A DNA stretch of 32,000 nt from Acaryochloris thomasi RCC1774 (GTDB taxonomy: Bacteria; Cyanobacteriota; Cyanobacteriia; Thermosynechococcales; Thermosynechococcaceae), in contig NZ_PQWO01000003.1 of the NCBI RefSeq assembly GCF_003231495.1, positions 360,001-392,000 of the forward strand, written 5' to 3'. Position 1 is the stretch's first letter. Every line of letters begins with the position of its first letter. A program made the translations under genes and the position numbers. The notes under the pieces were generated by a model. That model worked only from the letters and a program-made list of their open reading frames with translations, did not search any database and was not told where the DNA came from. Positions 1 to 7,948 of this stretch are shown one piece after another.

Positions 1-105
1 GCTCCACAAGTTGAGCTTCAATATTTGCATTACTGGTGTTTTCCCTCAGGCGTAGCGGACTCGATACCCGATCTAAGACTGTCATTCATAACATTTAGGA
101 CCGGC

Positions 106-1824
106 ATGGCTGAAATATCTAGAGAAAATATTTTTTCGCAGCAGAACGTCAGGTTCTGGTTTGGCCTGTCTCTGTTGATCCCCATCTACTACTGCATCGT
201 CACGCTGCTCAACGTGTTTAGCCATGAGCACATCGTGCAGGATGATGCGCGACTACACGTTGTTTGGCTACAGCGTTTCGTCGATCCGGATCTGTTCCCA
301 AAAGATTGGATTGCCGACTACTACATGGCCTATGCTTCGCCAGGATTTAAGGCACTCTATTGGTCTGTGGCCCAGATCGGGATAGAGCCAATGCTGTTCG
401 CCAAGCTATTGCCGATTCCGGTGGGTCTGGTGGCGACGGCCTATTTCTTTGGGCTGGTTCTCCAGATTTTTCCGCTGCCTGCGGGGGCGTTTCTGGCAAC
501 GCTGATTTTCAATCAGGGGTATTGGTTCAAAAACGATGTGCTGTCGGCGACGGCGCGGGGCTTTACCTATCCATTTTTTGCCGGGTTTTTGTTCTATCTG
601 CTGAAGGGACGGGTGATTCCCTGCCTAGTTTTTATTGCCCTTGAGGCGCTGTTCTATCCGATGATTGCGCTGGTGTCGGTGGGTATCTTGATCCTCCGGC
701 TCATTCAACTTAAGGGCCGATCGCTGCAGCTCTCTCGGGAGCGCGTTAGCTATGTGCTGGCGGTGGGCGGCATGATCGTTCTTGTGATTGTGCTGTTGCC
801 GACGGTGTTACGGACGACTCCCTTTGAACCCCAGGTAACGGCGGCTCAGATGAAGGAAATGGTTGAGTTCTCGCCTGAGGGGCGCTCTCCCTACTTCGGC
901 TTTAGCCCGCACTTGTTCTGGACCCATGGCAGAAGCGGGGTGAGGATTCCACTGCTGCCGCCGATTGCTTGGCTGGCGTTTTTGTTGCCTTGGTTCCGTC
1001 GATCACCGCGCGGCTTGATGAAGCACGTGACGCCTAAAATCGAGATTCTGTGGCAAATCTTGCTGCCGTCGCTGGCTCTGTTTGTGCTGTCCCATATTGT
1101 GCTGCTGAGGCTATATCTGCCCAGCCGGTATACCTACTTTAGCTTTCGGTTCATCATGCCGATTGCGGCGGGTATCGTGCTGACAGTTCTGCTGGAGAGA
1201 TTTTGGAAAGCGCTCTCTGCCATTCGGCGCAGCGGTAAGTGGATGACGCCTAAGCAGTTTTTGCTGTCTAGCTTTGCAGCGTTTCTCTGCTTTGTGTTCA
1301 TTTTTGTGCCGTTGGTGCCGCTGGTGTTGAGGAGTAATCAATATTGGGTGATTGCAAAGCGTCCAGAGCTGTATGAATATATTGCCCAGCAGCCGAAAGA
1401 TACGATGGTGGCGTCTCTGAGTGGCTATGCCGATAATATTCCGTCGTTTGCGGAGCGTTCGATTTTGGTGAGTCGTGAAATTGCGATCGCATTCCATCTT
1501 GGCTACTACAGCGAGATTCGACAGCGGGCGCTCGATTTGCTCTCAGCCCAGTACAGCACGGATCCTGAACAGGTGAAGCGCTTCATTGAGACCTACGGCG
1601 TTGATTTCCTGCTGTTGGATAAGGGGGAACCAGGGACTTTTACCCCTGAATACGTATCTGAGAATCCGTGGCTGATGCAGTTTGAGCCTGCGGCAGGGGA
1701 TGCGATCGCAACCCTAAAACAGTCTGAAAAACCCGTAATAGAAAAACTCTCAGAACAATGCTCAGCCTTAACGGGCGTCAAGTATATTTTGCTAGACGCT
1801 CAATGCCTCAAACAGCAGTCCTAA
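106..1824 (+). CDS. polytopic integral membrane protein, function unknown (GT-C-like glycosyltransferase is only a guess)
   Basis: Track ORF 25..1824 opens at a TTG; the first ATG is at 106 (MAEISRENIF). Roughly a dozen hydrophobic spans are followed by a ~150-aa soluble C-terminal domain. There is an acidic pair in the first predicted loop (HIVQDDARLH). No family recognised with certainty. Confidence 0.6.
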   Translation: MAEISRENIFSQQNVRFWFGLSLLIPIYYCIVTLLNVFSHEHIVQDDARLHVVWLQRFVDPDLFPKDWIADYYMAYASPGFKALYWSVAQIGIEPMLFAKLLPIPVGLVATAYFFGLVLQIFPLPAGAFLATLIFNQGYWFKNDVLSATARGFTYPFFAGFLFYLLKGRVIPCLVFIALEALFYPMIALVSVGILILRLIQLKGRSLQLSRERVSYVLAVGGMIVLVIVLLPTVLRTTPFEPQVTAAQMKEMVEFSPEGRSPYFGFSPHLFWTHGRSGVRIPLLPPIAWLAFLLPWFRRSPRGLMKHVTPKIEILWQILLPSLALFVLSHIVLLRLYLPSRYTYFSFRFIMPIAAGIVLTVLLERFWKALSAIRRSGKWMTPKQFLLSSFAAFLCFVFIFVPLVPLVLRSNQYWVIAKRPELYEYIAQQPKDTMVASLSGYADNIPSFAERSILVSREIAIAFHLGYYSEIRQRALDLLSAQYSTDPEQVKRFIETYGVDFLLLDKGEPGTFTPEYVSENPWLMQFEPAAGDAIATLKQSEKPVIEKLSEQCSALTGVKYILLDAQCLKQQS

Positions 1825-1834
1825 CGATGAGATC

Positions 1835-2998
1835 CTAGAGAACTACCCGAAGTCCCTTCGTCAAACGCCCCATCCCTTCAGCAACCTGATCTTTATCTAA
1901 AGCACCGTAGGCCACCCGCAAATAACACCCTTTCTCTGTGCCAAACGTATCGCCAGGAATAACAGCGACACCGTGTTCTTTAATCAGCCGTTCCACAAGG
2001 GCCATCGCGTTTAGCTCCGTGTTCACTTTGAGAAAAACGTAAAAGGCTCCGTCAGGTTGGGGAATTGAACAAAGATCGTGGACTGAATCTAGAGTGCTTA
2101 GGGCTTGCTGATGGACCAGTGCAATTTGATTCAGGTGGTCTTGGCAATAGTCTCGACCCGCCTCCAGCGCTCCTAGCGCCGCGTACTGAGAGACCACGGG
2201 CGGACAAATCAAGATCGTGTCTTGAATCTTTTTCACTGCCGTCATCAGGTGCGCTGGAATCACCATGTAGCCGATGCGCCAGCCTGCAAACCCATAGGCT
2301 TTGGAGAGGCTGAACAAAGAAATGGTGTGCTTCCCTGCCAGATCAAAGGTGGCGGGTGAGACGTGCTGTGCCTGACCGTAGGTGAAGTACTCGTAGGCTT
2401 CATCGCTGATGTGATAGAGGTTGCGATCTCTGCACAGCCGATTGACTGCCGCCAAATCTTCGGGTGGATAAACGGCCCCGGTAGGATTATTCGGCGAAAT
2501 CGTGACGATGGCGCGGGTGCGATCTGTTATCGCAGCCTCAATCGCTGAAAGCCTGAGCTGATAATGGTCATCGGTGGGGATGCATATCGCTTTGCAGCTT
2601 GCAGTTGCGATCGCCATCTCATGATTGAAGTAATAGGGCGTCTGCAAGATAATCTCGTCACCGGGCTGTGTAATCGCCAGCAGCGCATTCATGAACCCCA
2701 TATTGCTGCCCGCCGTGACCACGACCTGCGCGTGAGCATCCACTGCAATTTTGTTCTCAGTTTGCAGCTTGTGAGCAATGATTTCTAATAAGGGTGCAAT
2801 ACCTTGAACAGCCTTGTACTTGTGGTTCTCAGGATCTTGAAGGCAGTCAGAAATCCGCATAATGGCCTGAGTTGGTGGTCCATAGGAGACAACGCCCTGT
2901 CCCAGCGAAATCGTGCCAGGATGCTGTCGAATCAATTCCCCTATCACCGGAATAATCGGGGCCTGAACTTGCTCCATGCGAGAGGTAAAAGCAGTCAT
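1835..2998 (-). CDS. PLP-dependent aminotransferase, class I/II (AspC-like)
   Basis: 387-aa ORF with the SPNNPTGAVY motif and the PLP-lysine motif SLSKAYGFAGWRIGY. The ATG at 2998 overlaps the stop of the upstream gene (ATGA at 2995-2998). Confidence 0.9.
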   Translation of the reverse strand: MTAFTSRMEQVQAPIIPVIGELIRQHPGTISLGQGVVSYGPPTQAIMRISDCLQDPENHKYKAVQGIAPLLEIIAHKLQTENKIAVDAHAQVVVTAGSNMGFMNALLAITQPGDEIILQTPYYFNHEMAIATASCKAICIPTDDHYQLRLSAIEAAITDRTRAIVTISPNNPTGAVYPPEDLAAVNRLCRDRNLYHISDEAYEYFTYGQAQHVSPATFDLAGKHTISLFSLSKAYGFAGWRIGYMVIPAHLMTAVKKIQDTILICPPVVSQYAALGALEAGRDYCQDHLNQIALVHQQALSTLDSVHDLCSIPQPDGAFYVFLKVNTELNAMALVERLIKEHGVAVIPGDTFGTEKGCYLRVAYGALDKDQVAEGMGRLTKGLRVVL

Positions 2999-3516
2999 AT
3001 CAAAGTTTTTGCCAACTCTAGAAACTGTGCAACCTGCCGAGCTGATTGAAGGTGATAGACCTGTTTAGAATTTTGAGTCTCGGTAATATACTTTCGATAT
3101 CTTGGCGTCAGCAGCCGATGGCATAGCCGCAAAACGCGATAGCTACTGAGCGAACTCTTCCATATGGGGCTTTTGTCCGGCCAACCGGTCGGGGGACTAA
3201 AAAATCCCGTGAGCAATCGCTTCGTCACCCACCAGAAATGCAGCGGCAACGGTAGATCAATGTAAATCAGCGTATCTGCCGTATCTAGACGTTCCCAGAG
3301 CATATCGAGCGAGCCAAACCCATCAATAATCCAGCGTTCAGTTGCCAGAATCTCTTGGTGAAACTGCTGGAACTCTGCCTCAGGCACCTCAGCGCCCCCA
3401 GTTTGGTATTTAATCTTGTCCAATACATAAAGGGGTAAGCCAGTGATGTCTGCCAGCTTTTTGCTGAGTCTTGACTTACCTCCACCTGCATTGCCAAACA
3501 CAGCCACTTTTTGCAT
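2995..3516 (-). CDS. small P-loop NTPase, adenylate-kinase / FlaR-like
   Basis: Walker A GNAGGGKS near the N-terminus (MQKVAVFGNAGGGKSRLSKKLA). The ~170-aa size is typical of small nucleoside/nucleotide kinase-like proteins. ATG at 3516. Confidence 0.8.
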   Translation of the reverse strand: MQKVAVFGNAGGGKSRLSKKLADITGLPLYVLDKIKYQTGGAEVPEAEFQQFHQEILATERWIIDGFGSLDMLWERLDTADTLIYIDLPLPLHFWWVTKRLLTGFFSPPTGWPDKSPIWKSSLSSYRVLRLCHRLLTPRYRKYITETQNSKQVYHLQSARQVAQFLELAKTLI

Positions 3517-3518
3517 AA

Positions 3519-3755
3519 TTACCGCGCCTCCAGCATTTTGCTGATGAACGCATATCTCTGACAGAAATCATCTAACAGACTTTTCGTATGAATAACATGC
3601 AAACCTGCACTGGTCTCCCAATTCTGGAGGGCTAGCATAAAGCTCTTAGCGAGACTTTCCAATATCGCTAAACAAGGGTGCACACCTAATAATGATGCTT
3701 CATATAAAAAGTCCAAAGCCTCTCCGTCCCCAAAATTGAAGGTGGAGAGGGTCAA
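3519..3755 (-). CDS. hypothetical 78-aa protein
   Basis: The ORF fills the gap between the VOC gene and the P-loop gene exactly (stop at 3519, next ATG at 3516). It starts at a TTG only and has no recognisable motif. It is kept because of the operon fit. Confidence 0.35.
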   Translation of the reverse strand: MTLSTFNFGDGEALDFLYEASLLGVHPCLAILESLAKSFMLALQNWETSAGLHVIHTKSLLDDFCQRYAFISKMLEAR

Positions 3756-3763
3756 AAATATCT

Positions 3764-4135
3764 CTAGTGAGCAGCACTTCCTGCTGGTACAGGATTAGGC
3801 TGCAGCAAACTTAGCAGATGTCCATCAGGAGAGCGCATTGCAGCCACCTTACCGAAAGAAGGTTCGCGGACCCGGCCCTCTAGCTGAGCACCCATCGATT
3901 CTAGAGTGGCAATGGAATTATGTACATCATCGACATGAAAGCTGAGAATAGGCGAATCTGCCCCTGCGCTGGTCTCGCCCGCAGCATGGAGCGCAATCGT
4001 TGTGCCATCAGCATCTAGCTCAGCCCAACCCGGACTTGCCATCTTCACCTGCAGACCCAGACCCTCTGAGTAAAACTTCACCGTGGCGGGAATATCTTTC
4101 ACCATCAGCATTACGTGCTTAAAGTGAGCAGCCAT
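3764..4135 (-). CDS. VOC (glyoxalase / bleomycin-resistance / dioxygenase) family protein
   Basis: N-terminus MAAHFKHVMLMVKDIPATVKFYSEGLGLQV is the typical VOC beta-alpha-beta-beta-beta start. ATG at 4135 is preferred over the longer track ORF start at 4171. Confidence 0.85.
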   Translation of the reverse strand: MAAHFKHVMLMVKDIPATVKFYSEGLGLQVKMASPGWAELDADGTTIALHAAGETSAGADSPILSFHVDDVHNSIATLESMGAQLEGRVREPSFGKVAAMRSPDGHLLSLLQPNPVPAGSAAH

Positions 4136-4385
4136 ATCGAATCTCCGTAAATAATGCAGGCGTTTCTTCACTCATGCTTACATTTTTTCGCTGAGGCGGG
4201 CAAGGACGAGGTGCAACCCGATAAAAAGTTGTGCTATCGTTAGGCCAATGCACTTTAGAGTGGCATTTTGACCATGAAATTGAACAAACTATAGGAGGTG
4301 ATGCCCATGGTAGAAGGTAGTACTAAATTGGGTTTTCAGTTTAACTCTGGCCGGCTGTGTGCCGGGACTGTTCTCTAAAAATCTG

Positions 4386-4516
4386 CTGGTTCGCCAGTTT
4401 GGTTCGGGGTTCTCCCGGCAGTCAGGTCTTAATCTGAAGACCCGCTAGACCGCTCCTAACGCAGTAAGCTGCTGTAGATCTTCTACAATGCAACTGTTGG
4501 GAGCGGATAGTTTTTT
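4386..4516 (+). promoter_or_regulatory. highly structured leader or small-RNA 3' region ending in T6, 15 nt upstream of the 4532 start
   Basis: Hairpins read by hand: 4386-4397 (CTGG-TTCG-CCAG, a UUCG tetraloop), 4405-4417, and 4425-4442 (GGTCTT/AAGACC). An outer 7-bp helix pairs 4450-4456 CCGCTCC with 4500-4506 GGAGCGG. It encloses two hairpins at 4461-4472 and 4473-4487 (TGTAGA/TCTACA). T6 follows at 4511-4516. Confidence 0.3.
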
Positions 4517-4531
4517 AAAGCCAGATATGGC

Positions 4532-6166
4532 GTGAATCTTAAAGCTTTAACTCAAATCCATCGAGTGTCTGCTTTTGGCTCTCGACATCGCAGAATGCTC
4601 TCTCTTCTCTGCGTCTTAGGGAGCATCTTTGTTGTAGATTATCTGTTCTCTCGACTCTATCAGTTCCGACCGCTACCCTCCGTCAATCTGATTGAGATTG
4701 GCTTTGTCCCTGAAGTTTGGCTGTCTCTGATTGGTCTAACGCTAGGGACTTTGGTGATCGCTATTTCGATTGCCTCTCAAAATATTCCTAAGATCGCTGA
4801 ACTCTACATTCAAGACTGGGTGAGCTTGTTCTATCTCTGGTTCTTGATTCTGGGGGGTGCCCACGCTCTGTTCGTCAAGTTTCACCAGGAATCTGGTTTA
4901 GACGCCACGGCTAGCACGATCCTAAATGTTTATATTTTCCTGCCGGTCTCGATCATTTTTTCTTTTTCTTACATCTTTTATGTCTTAAACAGCATTCAGC
5001 CGCTCACCGTCGTCAAAAAGGTGGTCAAGACCCACTACCGCAATCTGCATCAGCTCTACCGCTATCCAGCTCGGCAATTGCTGAACGTTGAGGCTTATCG
5101 AGAAGACTATCAGCATCAGCTTCTAGAGTCGCTGAACCAGCTTGATAATCTACTGGAATATGTCACGTTCAAAGAACTCAAAGCTGAGATCCTGCAAGAT
5201 GTGAGTCTGCTTCTGCAGGACTTTGTTTGTCTAAAGCCTAAGGTTAACCCTGCATTCTTTAAGGTAGGACCGGCGGTGCGCTCAGATATTTCGTTTAAGA
5301 CGATGGTGGATCAGCTTGATGGTGTCGAGCACAATCGCACATTTTATGAGCAAAAGTGTTTTCGCCTGCTGGGTAATGCCTATGTCCATCTCTTAGAAGA
5401 GTCAGAGTTTGACCTCGCTTCGCTTTGCGTTTCAGAGATCAGTAAGATTGGGTCCAAAGCTCTAGCCATCAATGATGACCGGCTGCTGGATGTATTGATT
5501 GTTCGCTTTAACACCCTGTGTCGCTTTGCTCTCAAGCACGGTGTCAAGCACAATGAAGCCCGGAATTTATACAACCTAGCGTTTCACTACCGCACTTTTA
5601 TCGCTAGCTTGGTCCACCATGACAAGCTGCAGCAGGCTCAAGATAGCTTTATCTATCTGCGCCGCTACGGGAATGAAGCTTATGCTTACGGCCACATGAG
5701 TTCGGCAATGTATTTTATTGTGGATGTGATTGCAGCTGAGATGAAGAAAATCTTGGTCTTGGTCCATGAGCAAAGCTGGCCGCCAGAGATTCAGGCTCGG
5801 CTTTTGGACGAGATGCTGCAGGTAGATAGCCCGCCAGAGATTGATGAGAACAATCCTGAACAGCCTCACCTCAATAGCGGTGTGAGGACGCTGCAGATTG
5901 GTCTGGCGTTGTTTTACCTCAAGGCAGGCCAGCGTGATTTTGCCCACCGAATTGTGATTGATATTTTGGATGATCTGACGATTCTAGGCAAAGATTTGTT
6001 TGAGCAGGCGATTCAGAGAACTTGCGATCGCCTCCGTATTTCTCAACCCAACTTCTGGGAAGATACGGATCGAGGCAACACCAACCTCTACTACACCCCA
6101 GACCACGACCAGCTCGATGCCTTTTGTGAGCTTTTGAATGGTGCTATGGTCTCCGACCGGCCTTAG
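4532..6166 (+). CDS. membrane-anchored protein of unknown function (N-terminal 4-5 TM helices plus a ~380-aa helical soluble domain)
   Basis: 544-aa ORF with a GTG start at 4532 (alternative ATG at 4595). Hydrophobic helices lie within residues ~20-165; the remainder is helix-rich and hydrophilic. No catalytic motif recognised. Confidence 0.7.
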   Translation: MNLKALTQIHRVSAFGSRHRRMLSLLCVLGSIFVVDYLFSRLYQFRPLPSVNLIEIGFVPEVWLSLIGLTLGTLVIAISIASQNIPKIAELYIQDWVSLFYLWFLILGGAHALFVKFHQESGLDATASTILNVYIFLPVSIIFSFSYIFYVLNSIQPLTVVKKVVKTHYRNLHQLYRYPARQLLNVEAYREDYQHQLLESLNQLDNLLEYVTFKELKAEILQDVSLLLQDFVCLKPKVNPAFFKVGPAVRSDISFKTMVDQLDGVEHNRTFYEQKCFRLLGNAYVHLLEESEFDLASLCVSEISKIGSKALAINDDRLLDVLIVRFNTLCRFALKHGVKHNEARNLYNLAFHYRTFIASLVHHDKLQQAQDSFIYLRRYGNEAYAYGHMSSAMYFIVDVIAAEMKKILVLVHEQSWPPEIQARLLDEMLQVDSPPEIDENNPEQPHLNSGVRTLQIGLALFYLKAGQRDFAHRIVIDILDDLTILGKDLFEQAIQRTCDRLRISQPNFWEDTDRGNTNLYYTPDHDQLDAFCELLNGAMVSDRP

Positions 6167-6589
6167 GCCATCGTTACAGATGCAGCAGTTTTCATCTAGG
6201 GAGGAGATCGTCATGGCTCCTGAAAGACTTGCCCAGCAGCAGCTCTAAAATTGGATGCGTCCCCAATTAAGCGGCGATCTGCTATAAAACCTCAGCTAGA
6301 TTGAGCGTTTTGACTCATCTCTTAGTATCCCCTCATTGATGGATAGCGATAGAATCGTGCCTATCTACTTAATAAAAGCTGAAAGCATCACCTCAAGAGG
6401 TGTTCTTCCTGCCGTTTAGTGCTGTGTTCAACACCTTCTATAACAGCCTCGAACAGAGAAATCTCATCAGTAAGCCCATGAATGCTAGAGTTGCTGCTGT
6501 ACCATCGTGGACCTGGAAAGATTTTGCTCTACGCCAATAGTCTTGATGGAACCATCGTTTTCCGCTGCTGTTGATTAACTCTTTTGTCT

Positions 6590-7843
6590 ATGGCGACTCC
6601 CGGCCCCCAGCCTCCGAGTAGCGGCTTCCAATCTCTGATGCGCAACCGAGGATTTGTGATTCTTTGGTCAGGGCAAATTGTGTCGCAGCTCGCCGACAAG
6701 ATCTTTTTTGTGTTGCTGATTGCGCTAGTGGTGAATTACCCCAATCCACCCCAGTTTTTAGAAAACTCCATGCGCTCGGCGGTCATGATCGCCAATACGC
6801 TCCCTGCCGTCTTCGTGGGTTCTGCCGCCGGTATCTTTGTCGACCGCTGGTCCAAGAAACAGATCCTGTGGACGACGACCCTGGGGCGAGGACTGCTGGT
6901 CTTGCTGATCCCGTTACTACCAAATCAGTTCTACTGGCTGCTGCTCATCGCCTTTTCTGAGTCGATTTTGACGCAGTTCTTTGCGCCCGCAGAGCAGGCG
7001 GCTATTCCCATTTTGGTAAAGTCCCACAACCTCATGTCGGCCAATGCCCTGTTTACCACCACGATGATGGGGTCGTTAGTTGTGGGATTTGCGATCGGAG
7101 AGCCTGTTCTGACTTGGGCGACCACTTGGGGCGGAATCAATGGCCGTGTCTACCTAGTCGGAGGGCTATATGTACTCTCGGCAGTTGTTGTCGGTATTTT
7201 ACCGATGCGGGAGCGAAAGAAAGACAAAGAGCTGGCTATGCACCCTTGGCAAGATTTGAAGTCAGGCTTCAAGTATCTGCGCAAAAATCGCTTGATTAGC
7301 AATGCAATGGTGCAGCTTACGATTCTCTACTGCGTGTTTGCCGCGCTGTCGGTGCTCGCCATTGGTCTCGCTGACCGAATTGGCCTGAAGCCGGAGCAGT
7401 TTGGCTTTTTACTTGCAGCGACCGGCATTGGCCTAATTTTAGGTGCTGGCGTTCTAGGGCAGTGGGGCGAACGCTTTCATCACCTGCCGCTACCGTTGGT
7501 GGGCTTTTGCAGTATGGGCGTCGTGCTAACCGTCTTTTCCTTTGTCCACCATGTATGGGTTGCCCTCTTGCTCAGCGTTTTGCTAGGACTGGGAGCGGCA
7601 TTGGTGGGAGTGCCGATGCAGACCTTGATTCAGGTCCAAACTCCGCCAGACATGCGGGGGAAGGTGTTTGGCTTTCAAAATAATGTGGTCAATATTGCCC
7701 TGAGTTTACCCCTTGCGATCGCAGGTCTATTAGCAGATGCAGTGGGCCTCCGTCTTGTTCTCACCAGCATGGGCATCATTGTCGTGATTGCCGGTTTTTG
7801 GGCTTGGCGCAACACTCGCAATGTTTTGCAGGATGTTATTTAA
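6590..7843 (+). CDS. MFS transporter
   Basis: ~12 TM spans and an MFS-type loop motif between TM2 and TM3 (GIFVDRWSKKQ). ATG at 6590 lies two codons inside the track ORF. Confidence 0.85.
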   Translation: MATPGPQPPSSGFQSLMRNRGFVILWSGQIVSQLADKIFFVLLIALVVNYPNPPQFLENSMRSAVMIANTLPAVFVGSAAGIFVDRWSKKQILWTTTLGRGLLVLLIPLLPNQFYWLLLIAFSESILTQFFAPAEQAAIPILVKSHNLMSANALFTTTMMGSLVVGFAIGEPVLTWATTWGGINGRVYLVGGLYVLSAVVVGILPMRERKKDKELAMHPWQDLKSGFKYLRKNRLISNAMVQLTILYCVFAALSVLAIGLADRIGLKPEQFGFLLAATGIGLILGAGVLGQWGERFHHLPLPLVGFCSMGVVLTVFSFVHHVWVALLLSVLLGLGAALVGVPMQTLIQVQTPPDMRGKVFGFQNNVVNIALSLPLAIAGLLADAVGLRLVLTSMGIIVVIAGFWAWRNTRNVLQDVI

Positions 7844-7913
7844 GCTTCTCTTCAGGAATCTGGCGTCTAGACTATCGACACAGATTAATTGCTGGCGCTA
7901 AGATTAAGGATTA

Positions 7914-7946
7914 ACCGCCACTTATTGGCGGTGTACAACCTTTTTT
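7914..7946 (+). terminator. hairpin plus T-run after the MFS gene
   Basis: 7-bp stem ACCGCCA (7914-7920) / TGGCGGT (7926-7932) with a 5-nt loop. T6 lies at 7941-7946, separated from the stem by 8 nt, so it is not a canonical intrinsic terminator. Confidence 0.35.
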
Positions 7947-7948
7947 CT

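Noticed and set aside
1696-1715. 20-nt exact repeat GGGGATGCGATCGCAACCCT, also at 9536-9555, encoding GDAIATL in both the membrane protein and IlvB
   Set aside because: It is centred on HIP1, and extended HIP1 contexts recur by the same genome-wide process. The shared heptapeptide is a by-product rather than evidence of domain sharing or recombination.
360-1781. Track ORFs 360..644(+), 1111..1497(-), 1298..1492(-) and 1593..1781(-) inside the 106..1824 membrane protein gene
   Set aside because: They are fully embedded in or antisense to a much longer ORF. They have Arg/Pro/Gly-rich, low-information translations typical of off-frame reading in GC-normal DNA and no motifs.
2065-3049. Plus-strand ORFs 2065..2313, 2363..2548, 2564..2788 and 2804..3049, antisense to the aminotransferase
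   Set aside because: They lie antisense to a gene with clear PLP-enzyme motifs, and none has a start context or recognisable domain.
4418-4445. GTCAGGTC...GAAGACC resemblance to the conserved domain IV of SRP (4.5S) RNA
   Set aside because: Only the GUCAGGUC octamer matches. The GGAA tetraloop and the 3' GGAAGCAGC strand of the SRP symmetric loop are absent.
6199-6248. GGAGGAG Shine-Dalgarno with ideal 6-nt spacing to an 11-codon ORF (MAPERLAQQQL*) just after the 544-aa gene
   Set aside because: It is too short to evaluate and has no supporting structure or conservation information. It is noted only because strong SD sequences are uncommon here.
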